A DNA stretch of 64,000 nucleotides from Carcharhinus amblyrhynchos (GCA_965287045.1 OZ336891.1:47120001-47184000); one strand, 5' to 3'. Shown: positions 49,136-62,399, counted from the first letter of the stretch. Numbers and translations: made by a program. The notes: generated by a model from the letters alone, not told the origin.

Positions 49136-49349
49136 AAATATGCATCCTTCTATCTCTGCAATATCAGCCAATAACCTCCTCCCATCAAACTTTCTGAAAC
49201 CCTTGTGAATGTTTTTGTCACCTTCAACTTCTCTGTCAATCTCCGCTCTGGCCTCCAATCCTCAACTATTCAACAAACTCTGCTGTACAGTCCACTAAGC
49301 CATTACCTCACTTCCTTTTGTCCAACAAAACATTCAATTTAAAATCCTC

Positions 49350-49860
49350 ACAAGACCATAAGGGCAGAAGTAGGCCATTTGGCCCATTGAATCTTCTCTG
49401 CTTTTCAATAAGATTATAATTTATCTGATATGATAATCCTCAACTCCATTTTCCCTCCTTATCCCCTTGACTGCCTTACTAATTAAAAATCTGTTTATCT
49501 CAGCCTTGAACATATTTAACAATCCATCCAAAAACCTCTGTGGAAAAGAATTCCACAGATTCACTACCCTCTGGGAGAAGTTCCTCCTCATCTCTGTCTT
49601 CAATGGGTGCCCCCTAACTCTGAATGTATCTCCTCTGGTCCTAGACTCTCAATACCTACCCTGTCAAGCCTTCTGAGAATCTGATATATCTCAATAAGGT
49701 CGCCTCTCATTCTTCTAAACTCCAGTGAGTACAGACCCAACCTACTCAACCTTTCCTCATGAGAAAATCCCACCACAACCAGGATCAACCTAGTAAGCCA
49801 TCTCTGGACTGCCTCCAGTGCCAGTGTATCTTTCCTTAGATAATGGGACTGACCCAGAAT
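49350..49860 (-). mobile_element. CR1 3' fragment
   Basis: LRKDTLALEAVQR...LGLYSLEFRRMRGDLIE; EMRRNFSQRVVNLWN. Confidence 0.88.
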
Positions 49861-50092
49861 GAGTGCAGAGAAAGGGCTGGGTGGAAGGACCTGTCTCTGT
49901 ACTCCAGCACGGTGTTTTATATATAATAAAAAAGAACATGCCATACATCATTCCTGACTAGGAACTATAAATCCTCCCTAACAGCACCATGACTGTATCT
50001 ACACCATATAATCTGCAGGGGGTGGAGAAGACCAACTTCTCAAGGGCAACTGTGGACGGGCAATAAGTACTGGCCTCATCAGCGACACTCAG

Positions 50093-50395
50093 TTTTAAGT
50101 CTATTTTCTAGTGTCACAAGAAAGGCTTACATTAACACTGCAATGAAGTTACTGTGAAAAACTCCTAGTCGCCACACTCCGGCGCCTCTTTGGGAAGGGA
50201 GAATTTAGCAAGCCAGTGCATTTAACCAGCACCTTTTTCGGACTGTGGGAGGAAACCGGAGTACCCAGAAGAAACCCACACAGACACGGGGAGAATGTGC
50301 AGACTCTGCACAGACAGTGACCCAAGCCGGGAATCGAACCCGGGTCCCTGGCGTTGTGAGGCAGCAACACTAACCACTGTGCCGCCGCACCGCCC
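50093..50395 (-). mobile_element. HE1-like SINE, tail b
   Basis: gtgtcacaagaaaggcttacattaacactgcaatg...ctaaccactgtgccgcc. Confidence 0.9.
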
Positions 50396-51406
50396 AATCC
50401 CATGATGGAATAAAAGAAATGGAAAAAAAAAGAAGCGACTTGACAGTTGTGAGAGAATTGATGGTTTCTTTTACCTCAGGATGCTTGTTTAAGAAGTCTG
50501 TCCAAAAGCATGAAGGAAATGGCAGATTGTTCGTGCAGATGTAAATGTTGACATGCCAGGAGCAAAATACTGCAAGTATATTGTCCCACCTGGACATGGG
50601 GTGGGTGGGGTGTCTGGAAACTGTGTGGGTAAGAGGGATGGCGATGGGTAGGTGATGTTAGGACCCTTGCTGCGCTGTTCTCTGAAGTGCCAACGTCAGA
50701 TTCTTTTCTGAGGATATCCATTCTGTAAGGCCCCTGCTACACGGAGCAGTTTAGCAAAGTATGCAATTTGGTGCTAAAATGTGTTGCTCCTGCCATATCA
50801 TTTCAAAACTATTTCCTGTCTGACTGTTTTGTATGCAATTCTAAAATAGTTACAGATGTCGAGGTGGATGCCAGATCTTGCAGTCTTGTGATGAGAAATG
50901 TATATGCTTTGGAAACTCTTGGGGGAGAGTAAAACATTCTTGAGGGAAATAATGTTCATTGGCAAACATTCGGAACACGGTCATCAAGAAAATTATTCCT
51001 CATTATAAACTTCTCTTAACATGCTCCTTCCTGGCTTTGAAAAGGAAAAAAAATATCATTAGTGTGCAATACTTACACAAATACATTAACTCGGTACACG
51101 GATTTAGATCATTTCTGTGATTAATTAAGTGTTGTTTTTTTTAAACTCATTATTCTTCAACAGGAGGATTGGGCCAATTATTGTCTAGTTATGGATGGCA
51201 GGCTCCCTCAGTTATTCGCACAAGTTTCAGCTATTATGTGAACTGAGAGGTGGGCCTAAGGGGGGATTTGTTCTGGACGCTGTGTGTAGCAACATTGCAA
51301 ATGTGTTTGTAAGGAACATCCTTGTGAAAGCATTGAGAGTCAGCATTGCCGCTCCTCCCCGTCAACCAGTAGACTTCATCGAAGATTTGGACTTCCCACC
51401 AACTTG

Positions 51407-51718
51407 TATCATGGAGTCCCTGCAGTGTAGAAGAAGGTCATTTGGCCCATCGAGTCTGCACTGACCACAATCCCACCCAGCCCCTATCCCCATAGCCCCA
51501 CCCTGCTAATCCCCCTGACATGAAGTGGCAATTTAGCATGGCCAATCTACCTAACCTGCACATCTTTGGAGCGTGGGAGGAAACTGGAGCAACTGGAGGA
51601 AACCCACGCAGGCACAGGGAGAATGTGCAGACTCCGCACAGACAGTGACCTGAGGCTGGAATCGAACCTGGGTCCCTGGCGCTGTGAGGCAGCAGTGCTA
51701 ACCACTGTGCCACCGGGC
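51407..51718 (-). mobile_element. HE1-like SINE, tail a
   Basis: atcatggagtccctgcagtgtagaag...gctaaccactgtgccacc. Confidence 0.92.
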
Positions 51719-52379
51719 CATCCCAAACTCCTGGCAGACATTTCCAGCTAAGGCCATTTTGAAATGTTTCAGCTTGCACGGGTACACATGAACAAAAAAT
51801 GTCTAGCCGTGATCTGGGATCTGATTTATATGATGGAGTGGATACTGTGGAAATTAAATTGAGTGAGGTAGCCTCTGATTTTTAGGCCCTTTGCCACCTC
51901 AACAACCTACACTTACATAGCACCTTTAACACGGTAAATGTGATTCACAGGAGCCTTGTATCAGAACTCTGGCATATCCAGGTTTAATCCAGTGTGTTCA
52001 GCCCTGTGTGAGCAACCCCTTTGGGTTAATTAGCACATTTTAATCACTCAACGAAAGTGAATTTAACTCTGATTTTTGATTCTCCTGTGCGATTGATGGA
52101 TTTCTCTGAATTCTGGAACTCGCTATGGAAGGTGAGTGAAAGAGTTATCGATCTCTGAGAATATGGCATTCCTTGCTCAGCACTCACAGCTTCCCTCCCA
52201 ATGGGAGAGGGTTTGTTCACAATACCCCTCCTGGGAGTTGACTTCCTACACGTGAGAGGTTTCTTTCACAGGGCGGATTGCTCTATCAGATCAGTCTGGG
52301 TGTCGCTGCTTTAATTTGGACCTCAGATGAAGAGAAAGAGGAGTAAGAACGATATAGATTGGTGGTCACAGCTGTACAG

Positions 52380-52810
52380 GAGAGAGAGGGGAAGCTAAAA
52401 GGGCAGCAGCAAGGCAGCAGAGAGGGGATTGGCAGATAGGAGGAGCAGTGATGGGAGGAGAGGCAGAGAGCAGAGGAAGAGGGGAAGGGCCGAGAGCGGA
52501 GGGGAGGAGGGGCAGAGAGCAGAGGGGCAGAGGGCAGGGGCAGAGAGAGCAGAGGAACAGCGAGGGGAGGGGCAGAGTGGGGAGGGGCAGAGCAGGGAAG
52601 GGTAGAGAGCAGAGGGGCAAAGAGGGCAGGGGCAGAGAGTGGAAGGACAGCAAAGGGAGGGACAGGGAGGGGATGGACGGTGACATAGGGGATGGTGAGT
52701 GAAGGGACGTTGCGGGGAGGGACGATGAGGGGAAGAACAGTGAGGGGAGGGGCAGAGAGGGGAGGGGCAGAGAATGGAAGGATAGTGAGGGGAGGTGATG
52801 AGTGGGCAGA
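52380..52810. repeat. Purine-rich low-complexity (gggcagag-like) tract
   Basis: Recurrent aggggcagagag / gggagg units. Confidence 0.85.
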
Positions 52811-53069
52811 GATTTAAATGTGGGTCTCACCTGCTGGTTGGATAGCCAGCAAGAGCCCCACATTGCCTCTTTATTGGGAAGGTCCATCACATGAATTGCC
52901 ATCAGGCAGTTAACTGGGCAGACTTAGTCCTTCCCTGGGATCAAGGACCTGGGGATAGACAGCTGAGAGCTGTCAGCCAATCAGTGGCTGGTAACTGGGC
53001 CTCGCTTGACCCTGCCACCATGGGTAGCTGCTGCCAGAACCACGTTCACCCAAGGCCCCAGGAGGTGGT

Positions 53070-53407
53070 GGCCTTCCGTCATTATCGCTAGATGCCAGAA
53101 ACTCGGCTAATGTTCTGGGGATCAAGATTCGAATCCCGCCACGGCAGATGGTGGAATTTGAGTTCAGTAATAAATATCTGGAATTCAGAATCTACTGATA
53201 ACCATGAAACTATTGTCAGTTGTCAGAAAAACCCATCTGGTTCACTAATGTCCTTTAGGGAAGGAAATCTGCCGTCCTTACCTGGTCTGGCCTACATGTG
53301 ACTCCAGAGCCACAGCAATGTGGTTGACTCTTAACTGCCCTCTGAGGGCCACTTAATAAATGTTGGCCAGCCAACAACGCCCATATCCCATGAATTAATT
53401 TAAAAAA
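53070..53407 (+). mobile_element. Family-2 tRNA-SINE, near full length
   Basis: gattcgaatcccgccacggcagatggtgg...gtcctttagggaaggaaatctgccgtccttacc... Confidence 0.9.
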
Positions 53408-54039
53408 ACTCCATAGAACCCAGGAATCATTGTCTTTGACCCCCACATGCTGCATATGGGACTCTGTAGCAGATATAAATCAGCACATGCAAAGTAAGGA
53501 TTTTATAAGGATTGATTATGAAGATAGGTATATTTCACTAGCTGTTAATATCAAATCAACATAACTCAGTGCCGTATGACACATATCACCTGGACAATTA
53601 CAATCCTCCCATTTCCAGCTCCAGGCAGGCTAAAACTTCACTGCTCCTCCACCTCATCCTCTGTACTTGTGAGCCGCAGAGTGGCGGAAGGGTCACCTCC
53701 GGCTCTCTGCCTCTTCCTGGTTCTCTCTGCTCTCTTTTCCTGAAAGGCAGGAAAGAAATAAAGCTGTGATTGAGTGCAATGGCTTGTGTTCACCTGATGG
53801 ATGGAGAACATTTGTTAAGGGTGATTATGAGAGTGAGGCATGATGTTGCGTAAAGATGAGGGTGTGTGTCAATGACGGACGGATAGATGAGGATGTGATG
53901 AAGTGCACAGTTGGGGAAGGATGGCAGTCGTTGCAAGCAAGTGGATGTGAAAAGTGATGAGATGGAAAAGGTTTGGGAAGACAGTGTGAGGGAATGGAGT
54001 GAAACAAGATGTCTGTGAATTTGCTTTTGAAAATATTAC

Positions 54040-55010
54040 TCTGCTTTTCAAGAAAGGAGAGAGAGAGAGAAGACAGTGAACTACAAACCGTTAAGTTAAC
54101 ATCACATGTTGGGAAAGTGCTGGAAGGTAATATTCAGGAAGCCTTAATAGTGCAGTTAATAAAGCAGAGCATGATTAGAACAACTTCACATTGTTTTTCT
54201 GAATGTAAATCCTTTTTAATCAACTTACTAGAGTTTTATCTGAGAACGTAACTGGTAAGGTAGATAAGAGAAACCAGTAGATGTAGTATGCCTGAATTTC
54301 CAAAGACATTTGATAAAATGCTAGACAAAATGTTAGTAGACAAGGTAAGTGTGCATGAAGTTGGAGGTAATAGAAGATTGCTTAACAGATAGGAAGCAGA
54401 GACTGGATATAAACTTCAATTTGACAGCTAGTGAATGGTGGAGTAACACATTGGCTTGGATTCTGTGGATCCCCAGACATGTTTCTCAGCCCACCATTGG
54501 TCAGCGGTGGGATCTCCTTGGCCTGCCACTGTCAATGGGATTCCCCATTGAATCCAGCCCCTCCTGCTGGGGATCCCACATAGGGGGTACACCATTGGCA
54601 GTACCAGAGGATCCTTCCAGCATGAACGACCCAAAGATCTCATCCAATGGTCAGTACTGAAGCCTCAGCTTTTTGGAAACTATATTAATGACTTAGATGA
54701 ACATAAGAACATAAGAACATAAGAAATAGGAGCAGGAGTAGGCCATCCAGCCCTTCGAGCCTGCCCCACCATTCAGTAAGATCATGGCTGATCTGTCGCT
54801 GCTCAGTTCCACTTTCCCGCCCTCTCCCCATAACCCTTAATCCCCTCTCCTATCAAAAACCCATCAACCCGTGTCTTAAAAATATTTAGCGAGGCAGCCT
54901 CCACCATAGTAATAGACTGAGGTTTGCTGATTGTGCAAAGGTTGGTGGAAATATAAGCTTTGGGGAGGATACAGAGAGGCTGCAAAGAGATATAAGTGAG
55001 TGGACACAAG
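54040..55010. mobile_element. Old plus-strand CR1 RT remnant interrupted by a young CR1 3' tail (54701-54909, minus)
   Basis: VKLTSHVGKVLE, FDK; the insert starts (acataaga)n and matches 29050-29250. Confidence 0.85.
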
Positions 55011-55404
55011 GGCTTCTGCTGCTTAGTGTGATTGTGTGTCCTCTCTCTCTCTATCCAGGCCCCTCATGGTATTGCACACCTCTATCAACCCTGCTCTCTA
55101 CCTCCCCTTCTCTAAGGAGAACCATCCCAGCTTTCCCAGTCTATCCCTGGAACTGAACTTCCTCTGGCTTCTCCCAGCTCTCAGCAGCAGGTCCAGGAAT
55201 CATTGTATTAGCCTCTGCACATCTCATCCACATCCTGCGCCTTTCTCCTCTTGAATTATAATGCCACAAAGTTGCATATTTGCATTGAGTGTTTAAATAT
55301 TGGATAGGATTGCATCCTGTGGGTTTTCATCTTGCTCACTCTCACCTGATTGGATGGAAAACCCGGAAGCAAAGTGATAATGAGGTGGCTGTACTAAACA
55401 GCCA

Positions 55405-56199
55405 GGCTCTGATTTTACCATCGCGTTGTGCTCGTTTTTGGGTGTGCAAACTTGGTAAAGGCGGGCATAAGGTGAGTGTGCCAATTCCCCCTTTACCAAG
55501 GCCCGAAAATGTCTGTGATTGGGCGATCAAATGGTTTTGCATACATTTAAATTGATTTAATGAGTGCGCACCCAACCTTAACGGCATCCCCCCCCCCCCC
55601 GCCCTCTTTACCACTGTGTTCGCCCATCTAGAATCGGTGTGAAACAGGCACACTCCACAAAAGTCCGATTCGGGTGCTCCAGTTAGTGAGGAGGTGGGTG
55701 CTGAGCATCTGAAAGCTCTTTACCTGACATCGATGGGGGCGGGGAATCCACTGCCACTCTACCTGTGATCGGGAGTGGGGGAATCCACTGCCATTCTACC
55801 TGTGATCAGTGTGTGGGGAAGGGGGGGGAGGGGCCCATGTTCAGTCTGGGTGGCAGGTGGGATGGGGGGGATAAGGGGGTCAGTTATGCTTTGGGGGGGC
55901 AGGGCAATGTCTGTGGGGGCCAGGAGGAGGCACTATCCGGCCGGGAGCCGTGTGGCAGGGGAGCAACATTCGATCATTTTTTCTGCGCGTGCGCAGTTGG
56001 AGGCACCAATCGGAGTGCAGGATTTCGGGTGCATTAAGCCCCGCCCACAGGCTTGTGCAGCACAATTTGGAATCGCTGATATTTTTTTCAGGCAGTCTGT
56101 GTATGGGGGAGCCTGAGAACGGGTCTAAAAGTCAAATCTGAAACACTCCCAGTTTCAAATCCACCCAGCACTCAGAATCAGAATGGTAAAATAAAGCCC
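55405..56199 (-). mobile_element. PIF/Harbinger-type MITE, same family as 60501-61446
   Basis: TIRs ggctctgattttacca / tggtaaaataaagccc; subterminal similarity to the 60.5 kb copy. Confidence 0.7.
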
Positions 56200-56566
56200 C
56201 GAGTGACCGGCACACTTCGTACACCTCTGGGTCTCTCGCACACAGAATCTCTCCCAGATAAAATCAGAGCCTTGAGCTGAGCATTGGGCCAAGTAGAAGC
56301 TAATTAAACAAAGTCCCTTGTGAATATGTGATGGAGAGGCCGTGTCAGGCTGATCTTGTTGAATTTTTTTGAGATAACCAGTTGCTTAGTTCATAGGAAA
56401 GTGCCAATGGGTTTATCGCAATGGACTTCAACACATTTGTGATGTGAATTAGTTATAGAATAGAAGGTAAGAAGGAGAGAGTACAGACAACAAAAATGGA
56501 CTTTGCCTTGTGAGACATAACTGGTGACACCCGCAGACATCCATACTGGGGCCTCAACCCTTCATG

Positions 56567-57112
56567 AGAACATAAGAACATAAGAAATAGGAGCAGGAGT
56601 AGGCCATCTAGCCCTTCGAGCCTGCCCCGCCATTCAATAAGATCATGGCTGATCTGTCGTGGCTCAGTTCCACATTCCCGCCCTCTCCCCATAACCCTTA
56701 ATCCCCTCTCTCATCAAAAATCCATCAACCCGCGTCTTAAAAATATTTAGCGAGGCAGCCTCCACCACTTCAACGGGCAGAGAATTCCAGAGATTCACCA
56801 CCCTTTGAGTGAAGAAGTTCCTCCTCAACTCTGTTCTAAACCGCCCCCCCTTTATCCTGAGGCTATGCCCTCTAGTCCTACTATCCTTTCTGAGAGGGAA
56901 GAGTCTCTCCACCTCTGTCCTATCCATCCCATTCATCATCTTATACGTCTCAATGAGATCTCCCCTCATTCTTCTAAACTCTAACGAGTACAAGCCTAAT
57001 CTATTCAGCCTCTCCTCATAGCTCAACCCCCTCAACTCCGGCATCAGCCTAGTAAACCCCCTCTGCACTCCCTCCAAGGCTAAAATATCCTTGCGTAAGT
57101 ACGGCGCCCAAA
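56567..57112 (-). mobile_element. Young CR1 3' fragment with intact ORF2 C-terminus
   Basis: ORF 56664-57077 is near-identical to the C-terminus of 26891-29155; (acataaga)n tail. Confidence 0.95.
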
Positions 57113-57977
57113 AACATCAATGAATTGTATGAATTAAGCAATAAAAGGTTGTACATCTAAATTTTCAGGTGATACTGAGACACAGCAGATTGACAGCAGG
57201 AAGTTACAAAGGGACATATAATCTAAGAGAAGTGGACTCTAGTGGATGGACTTCATTGTGGGGTGATCTCACTGAAACATATGACATTCTTAAAGGACCC
57301 CTGATTGAAGAGTCTAGAATTAGGGGGCTTAGTCTCAGGACAATGGGTTGGACATTGAAGACTGAATACTGGAGAAAATTCTTCACTCAGAGAGTTGTAA
57401 GTTTTGGAAATTCTGCTGTTGGCTTGGATGCTGTCCCTTGGTTTGAGGATGATGTTTGCTCAGGATTGTGAGTTTCTGTTGTGGATCTTCATGTGACTGA
57501 GCAAGCTGATTCTTGATCTTTAGATATTTGGGTGGATGGGGCAGGATATCCAGGAGGCAGTGGATCCAGAGTGCAGGATTTGCTCCCTCAGGGGGGTTTG
57601 GTGAGTACTCTCCGGACAGAGATCTCTGCACACCAAGGAACATGGGAATGATGCAGGGATGGACTTTGTTCAGAAATTTGGCCAGATTCTTAGTGAATAG
57701 TGTGGCAGCCTTGAGGGGCCTTATAGCCCACCCCTGCTCCTATTTCTTACCTTCTTAATCTAGAACCAAAGGTACATACATTCAAATTAAAGCTATGACA
57801 TTTCTGTGCAAAATTGTGAAGGAATTTTCACACAAGTGGGGAGAGGAATTCTGAGTGCCAGAAGGCTGATTCAACTGAACTTTTCCAGGTAGACACCCTT
57901 AGATTTTGGTCAGTCTTTGGGTATTAGGAGATACAGAGCAACTCAAGCGGAAGTACAGGTCAACCATGAATTTATAC

Positions 57978-58295
57978 ACTGGCCCAGTTGTTAGCATTGC
58001 TGCCTCACAGCGCCAAGGACCCGGGTTCAATTCCGGCCTCGGGTCACTAGCAGTGTGGAGTTTGCACATTCTCCCTGTGTCTGTGTGGGTTTCCTCCGGG
58101 TGCTCCAGTTTCCTCCCACAATCTGAAGATGTGTGGGTTAGGTTGATTGGCCGTGCTAAATTGACCCTTGTGTCAGGATGACTAGGAGGGTAAATATGTG
58201 GGGTTACGGGGATGGAGCCTGGGTGGTATTGTGGTCAGTACAGACTCGATGGGCCGAATGGCCTCCTACTGCATGGTAGGATTCTATGATTCTAT
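57978..58295 (+). mobile_element. HE1-like SINE, tail a
   Basis: gttagcattgctgcctcacagcgcc...ggattctatgattcta. Confidence 0.92.
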
Positions 58296-59194
58296 AAATT
58301 GAAAAGTATAATCTCCTCGACAGGTTAATTGGCAGCTGCTGTTCCTATTCAGCTTCAAAACAACAGTGACTGCATTTCAGAAATAACTCATTGGCCATAA
58401 CTTGCTTGGGGTAATGTCCTGAGACTGCAATTGGTGCTGCGTGCGTGTAAATTCTTTTATATCACATTTTGAACATGTGTTGCTTCCATTTGACTGTTAT
58501 AAATAGAACGTTATTTTTTGCTCATATTCTTGTTGCCTGCTTAAAAAACATAGGTTTTTCTTCAATCAAAATGTCTGCAAAGAATACCAGGCAACTAGAT
58601 CGCACTAACCTGCCTCTCTGGAGTCTCTGTGACACAATCAAGATGGTCCAAAAATACTCTGGGTTCCCAGACTGAACAGGGTCAGTTCCGCAGCTGAAGA
58701 ACGATCAGTGCAGAAAAATAACAGTCCTTTGATTAGAGAAATATTCGGATTACATAAGCATTGAATTAAGGGTTGTGAAATTGCCTAAACATTCCCCTGA
58801 AATGTTGACAATGTGCTTGACCAGAACTGGGAGCAGACAACAAGAAATTTATGGCAGTGTTTTTCGCCAACGCATTCGGAATATTTGCTCGTGAAAGTTA
58901 TGAACATTTCCCTCGAGAGCGTCTTTACGCTTTTGTACATTTCAAGCATGATCGTAGTAACAGCCCCACACAGCCGGAGTTGTCACTATGGGAACTGTAT
59001 CAATTAAGGATAAGCAAGTCTGATGTGAAGGGCAGACTTGAGGGGCAACTATAGCCTCACAACCGAGATTTGCATTTCCACCCCAATTCTCTTGCCTCTT
59101 CTCCTGGAGAATTAATTCATGGCATGTACCTTCAAGGATACCAATTCCTTTAGAAATATTAACCAAAGGGCGGGGGTGTGGGGGGTGGGGGTGT

Positions 59195-59500
59195 TGTGGT
59201 ACAGTGGTCAGCACTGCTGACTCCTAGTGCCAGGGGCCCGGGTTCAGTTCCAGCCTTGGGTGACTGTCTGTGTGGAGTTTACACATTCCCCCTCCCGTAT
59301 CTGCATGGGTTCCCTTCAGGTTCCTCCCACAGTCTGAAGGTGTGTGGGTTAGGTGGATTGGCCATGCCAAATTGCCCCACAGTGTCAGGGAGATTAGCAG
59401 AGCAAATATTTGGGGATAGGACCTGGGTGGGATTGTTGTCAGTGAAGGCTCGATGGGTGAAACGACTCCCTTCTGAACTGTGGGGGTTTATGATTCTATG
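59195..59500 (+). mobile_element. HE1-like SINE, tail a
   Basis: gtggtacagtggtcagcactgctg...ttatgattctatg. Confidence 0.88.
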
Positions 59501-60500
59501 CTCTGATTCTAAGTGGCCACTATTCAGGCATCAGCCTGGTAGGTAAGTGCTGTCGATTTGCTGTCACCTGGAGGTTGATTTTTTAAACAATGCGCATTAA
59601 GCATAAAGAAACAGCAGAAGTGGCTGATCACACTGTTTTTCTGAACTTTCTGTTGATCATCTGTTGAAGTAATAGCAGGAGACTGGGAACAACAGTCCTT
59701 GAAAAGCCCAAATGTGCACCTTCTGGTAATAATGGTGATCTGGAGATGCTAATTTGGCTTAATTGGTAGGTGTCTCCTGAGTTTCTTTGGTGGAATGATA
59801 TGGTGACTCAGCTCCCTGGGCTCTGGGCCAATTCCACTGCCCACCCCTGCCTATCAGTGGACCATTCGACCACATCCCCAGAGGTCAGTGTTCACTAACA
59901 TCTTGAATAGATTCACTGTTTAGGTAAAACCACCATTGTCACGTTCTTCCTTAAAGAGACCAACCTTGGACTGTTTGTCTCTTCCAACTACTAAACCTAA
60001 CCATTGCTGTGAATCCAGGATCTGTAAATGTGCCATTGTCTCCCATTTGTGTGCTCAGCTTTTCCATAACTCACTGACTTCTTTCAATTCTGTTTCCACC
60101 CTAACCACAGAACTGAGATCATCCTGGTTAAAGTCACTAATTATATCCTCTCTAACTGCAACAAAAGACACTTTATTCTGTCTTGTCCTCAATACCCTGT
60201 ATGACAACACCAAACATGACTTCTCCTGATGTCTTCCTTTTGTGATTTACGCCCATGGAATTGTTCGCATGTTTCCGCTCTTCCCAATCCCATCACTCCT
60301 GATGGCTTCTCCTCCATATCCTGCAAGGCCTCCTGTTCACTTCTCTAAAGATCAATCCTTTAGCACCTTCCTTCTCATTCTCCACATGTTATCCCTGGAA
60401 TGTTATTCACAGACATGTGGTCAGTGTCCACGTGTATACAGACAACTCAATCGACTATCAATTTTGATCCAATGCCCATCCTGTGCTTAACTGATGTTAA

Positions 60501-61446
60501 GGGTGGTATTTTACCATTTTTAGTCTGGGTGGGGAACTGGGAGAGTTCCAGGTCAGTATTTTTGGGCATGCTTTAGCACCCACCCCCACCCCATATACAC
60601 AAATTCTGAGTGAGCTTGTTGCTTGCTGCAGAAGCCTCTGGGTGGGGCTAAACCTGCCCAAAAGCTGCAGAGGGAGCTAGTGCGCACGTGCAGGCCTCTG
60701 ATACTGGCTCATGCGCGTTAGCAGTAGCAGGGCCCTGACAGACAAAGAGAGACCTGTCACACCCCTGCTACTTCAGCTAGCCTGAAGCAGCTCCCCACCC
60801 CTGCAATCCTGGGGGCCCGCAGTTATAGATGCAGCCCATGCTGAGCCCCACTGCCACCCAGACCTTCCTACCCACTAATCACAGCCCCGCTGTCCTCCCA
60901 TCACCTATTGCTGTAGAATGGCAGTGGACCCGTCTCCCCTTAGCTCCACTCCCACTGGCTCCTGCCCCATTAGCCCCTCCCCACTGGCCCCTTTCCCCAC
61001 TGGCTCCTCCCCTGGCACTGCCCAGTAGGCATTGCCCAGGTGCCAGGGTGGCACTGCCAGTCTGGTACTGCTCAAGGGGCACCCCCTTGTCCTTGGCCTC
61101 CTCAGCGGACCCCAATGGCCTCCTGTTCCATAGGCGAGGCCAAGTCCATTGCTCCCTGTTGATGGGGGGACGTGTCTACTCCTTGCCGGTGAGAACCTTT
61201 CCTGGTGAGGTCATAAAGGGGGTGGGGCACGGACAATTGAGTGCCAGACTTGCTAATGGCATTGAAATTCTTATTTAAATAAATTTCAATAATTTCCGGT
61301 GAGAGGTTGACCATACCAGGAATCCTATTGTTGTAAAATAATGCCAGTTGTGAAAACCAGCGCCAATCACGCTAATCACTTCACGCCCCACTTTACGACC
61401 ATGTCACACCCAAAAATGGGAGCAATGTGATAGTAAAATCCCGGCC
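60501..61446 (+). mobile_element. PIF/Harbinger-type MITE with TAA target-site duplication
   Basis: taa|gggtggtattttacca ... tagtaaaatcccggcc|taa. Confidence 0.8.
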
Positions 61447-61457
61447 TAAAGTTAGAG

Positions 61458-61774
61458 TGTAATCAGTGACAACTTTGTATTGGATGCAATGTGACCAATG
61501 GGAACAAGACGTAAGGGTCAGCTGACCCAGTAAACCAATTACACAGTGATGTAATAGTCAGCTGATTCACTATAAATAAATAACTATGTAGAACTGTGGA
61601 GAGTTTGGAGTGGCCCAGGGCGAGGTCCTAAGCTTGGAGTAATGATGTTTCTTTATCAAACCCTTCCTTAGATTTATAAGTTGGAGTAAGTTTTGTTGTA
61701 TTTTCATTAACTGCATTTTGAAGAATTCCTTCTAAACAAATACCTAAGACATAAATAAGCCACAATTTGTTACA
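61458..61774 (+). mobile_element. Putative solo LTR
   Basis: tgtaa...ttaca termini, CCAAT boxes, tataaata; flanks agag/acag. Confidence 0.5.
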
Positions 61775-62399
61775 ACAGAACATTGGGAGTATCAAACCTA
61801 TCATTTACCACTCTCAACTTCAACAATTTTGACCCAGAGTTGAACCTCAAACTCCATACCGTATTTAATAATTGCTTCCACCTTCGCAACATTGCTTACT
61901 TCCATCCAACGGTTCTCCTACTACGGCCTACTACTCCTTTATGTCTTGAAGACACCTTTACACTTAACCATTCCAGTGCCCTCCTTGCATGACTCCCGCC
62001 TAAATGAGCTTCTAACTGTGTAAAGCTCTGCTGCCTGTATCTCATACTACTGTAATCTCTACTGTAACCTTTGTCCTCATGGACCTACTTTGGCTTCTGT
62101 CTCTGCCCTTTGTATCCTTTCCTCCCACCAGCTCCGAGGCAGCATTCTCAGTCACATCCATGTTACCCATTGAAACTCACTTCTCAAACCCCTTCTCTAC
62201 CTCCCACTCCTCACCTTTAAAAACCTTCTCACAACATACCTGTTCAACAAACCTCTAGCTGCTCCTCCCAGTCCTTCCAGAAAGGCTCCTTTTCTGTTTG
62301 ATGCAATGAGTTGGGGTGTTTTCCTAAATTAAAGTTATTAGAAACAGACAGTTTTTATTGTTTGACTGATTTGAGATCCACGTCAGCGCTAGCTTGAAG

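Larger units (their letters stand above)
59860..62345 (+). mobile_element. Ancient L2-clade LINE remnant split by a MITE and a solo LTR
   Basis: FHPNHRTEIILVKVTNYIL (60083-), FDPELN, FHLRNIA (61830-61900). Confidence 0.65.

Noticed and set aside
52366-52902. 178-aa Leu/Pro/Ser-rich ORF
   Set aside because: Antisense of a purine-rich low-complexity tract.
10665-59546. Many 60-120 aa ORFs with WLALLPHSARDPGSIP / LEHPEETHADTGR motifs
   Set aside because: Recurring translations of the HE1-like SINE, not host genes.
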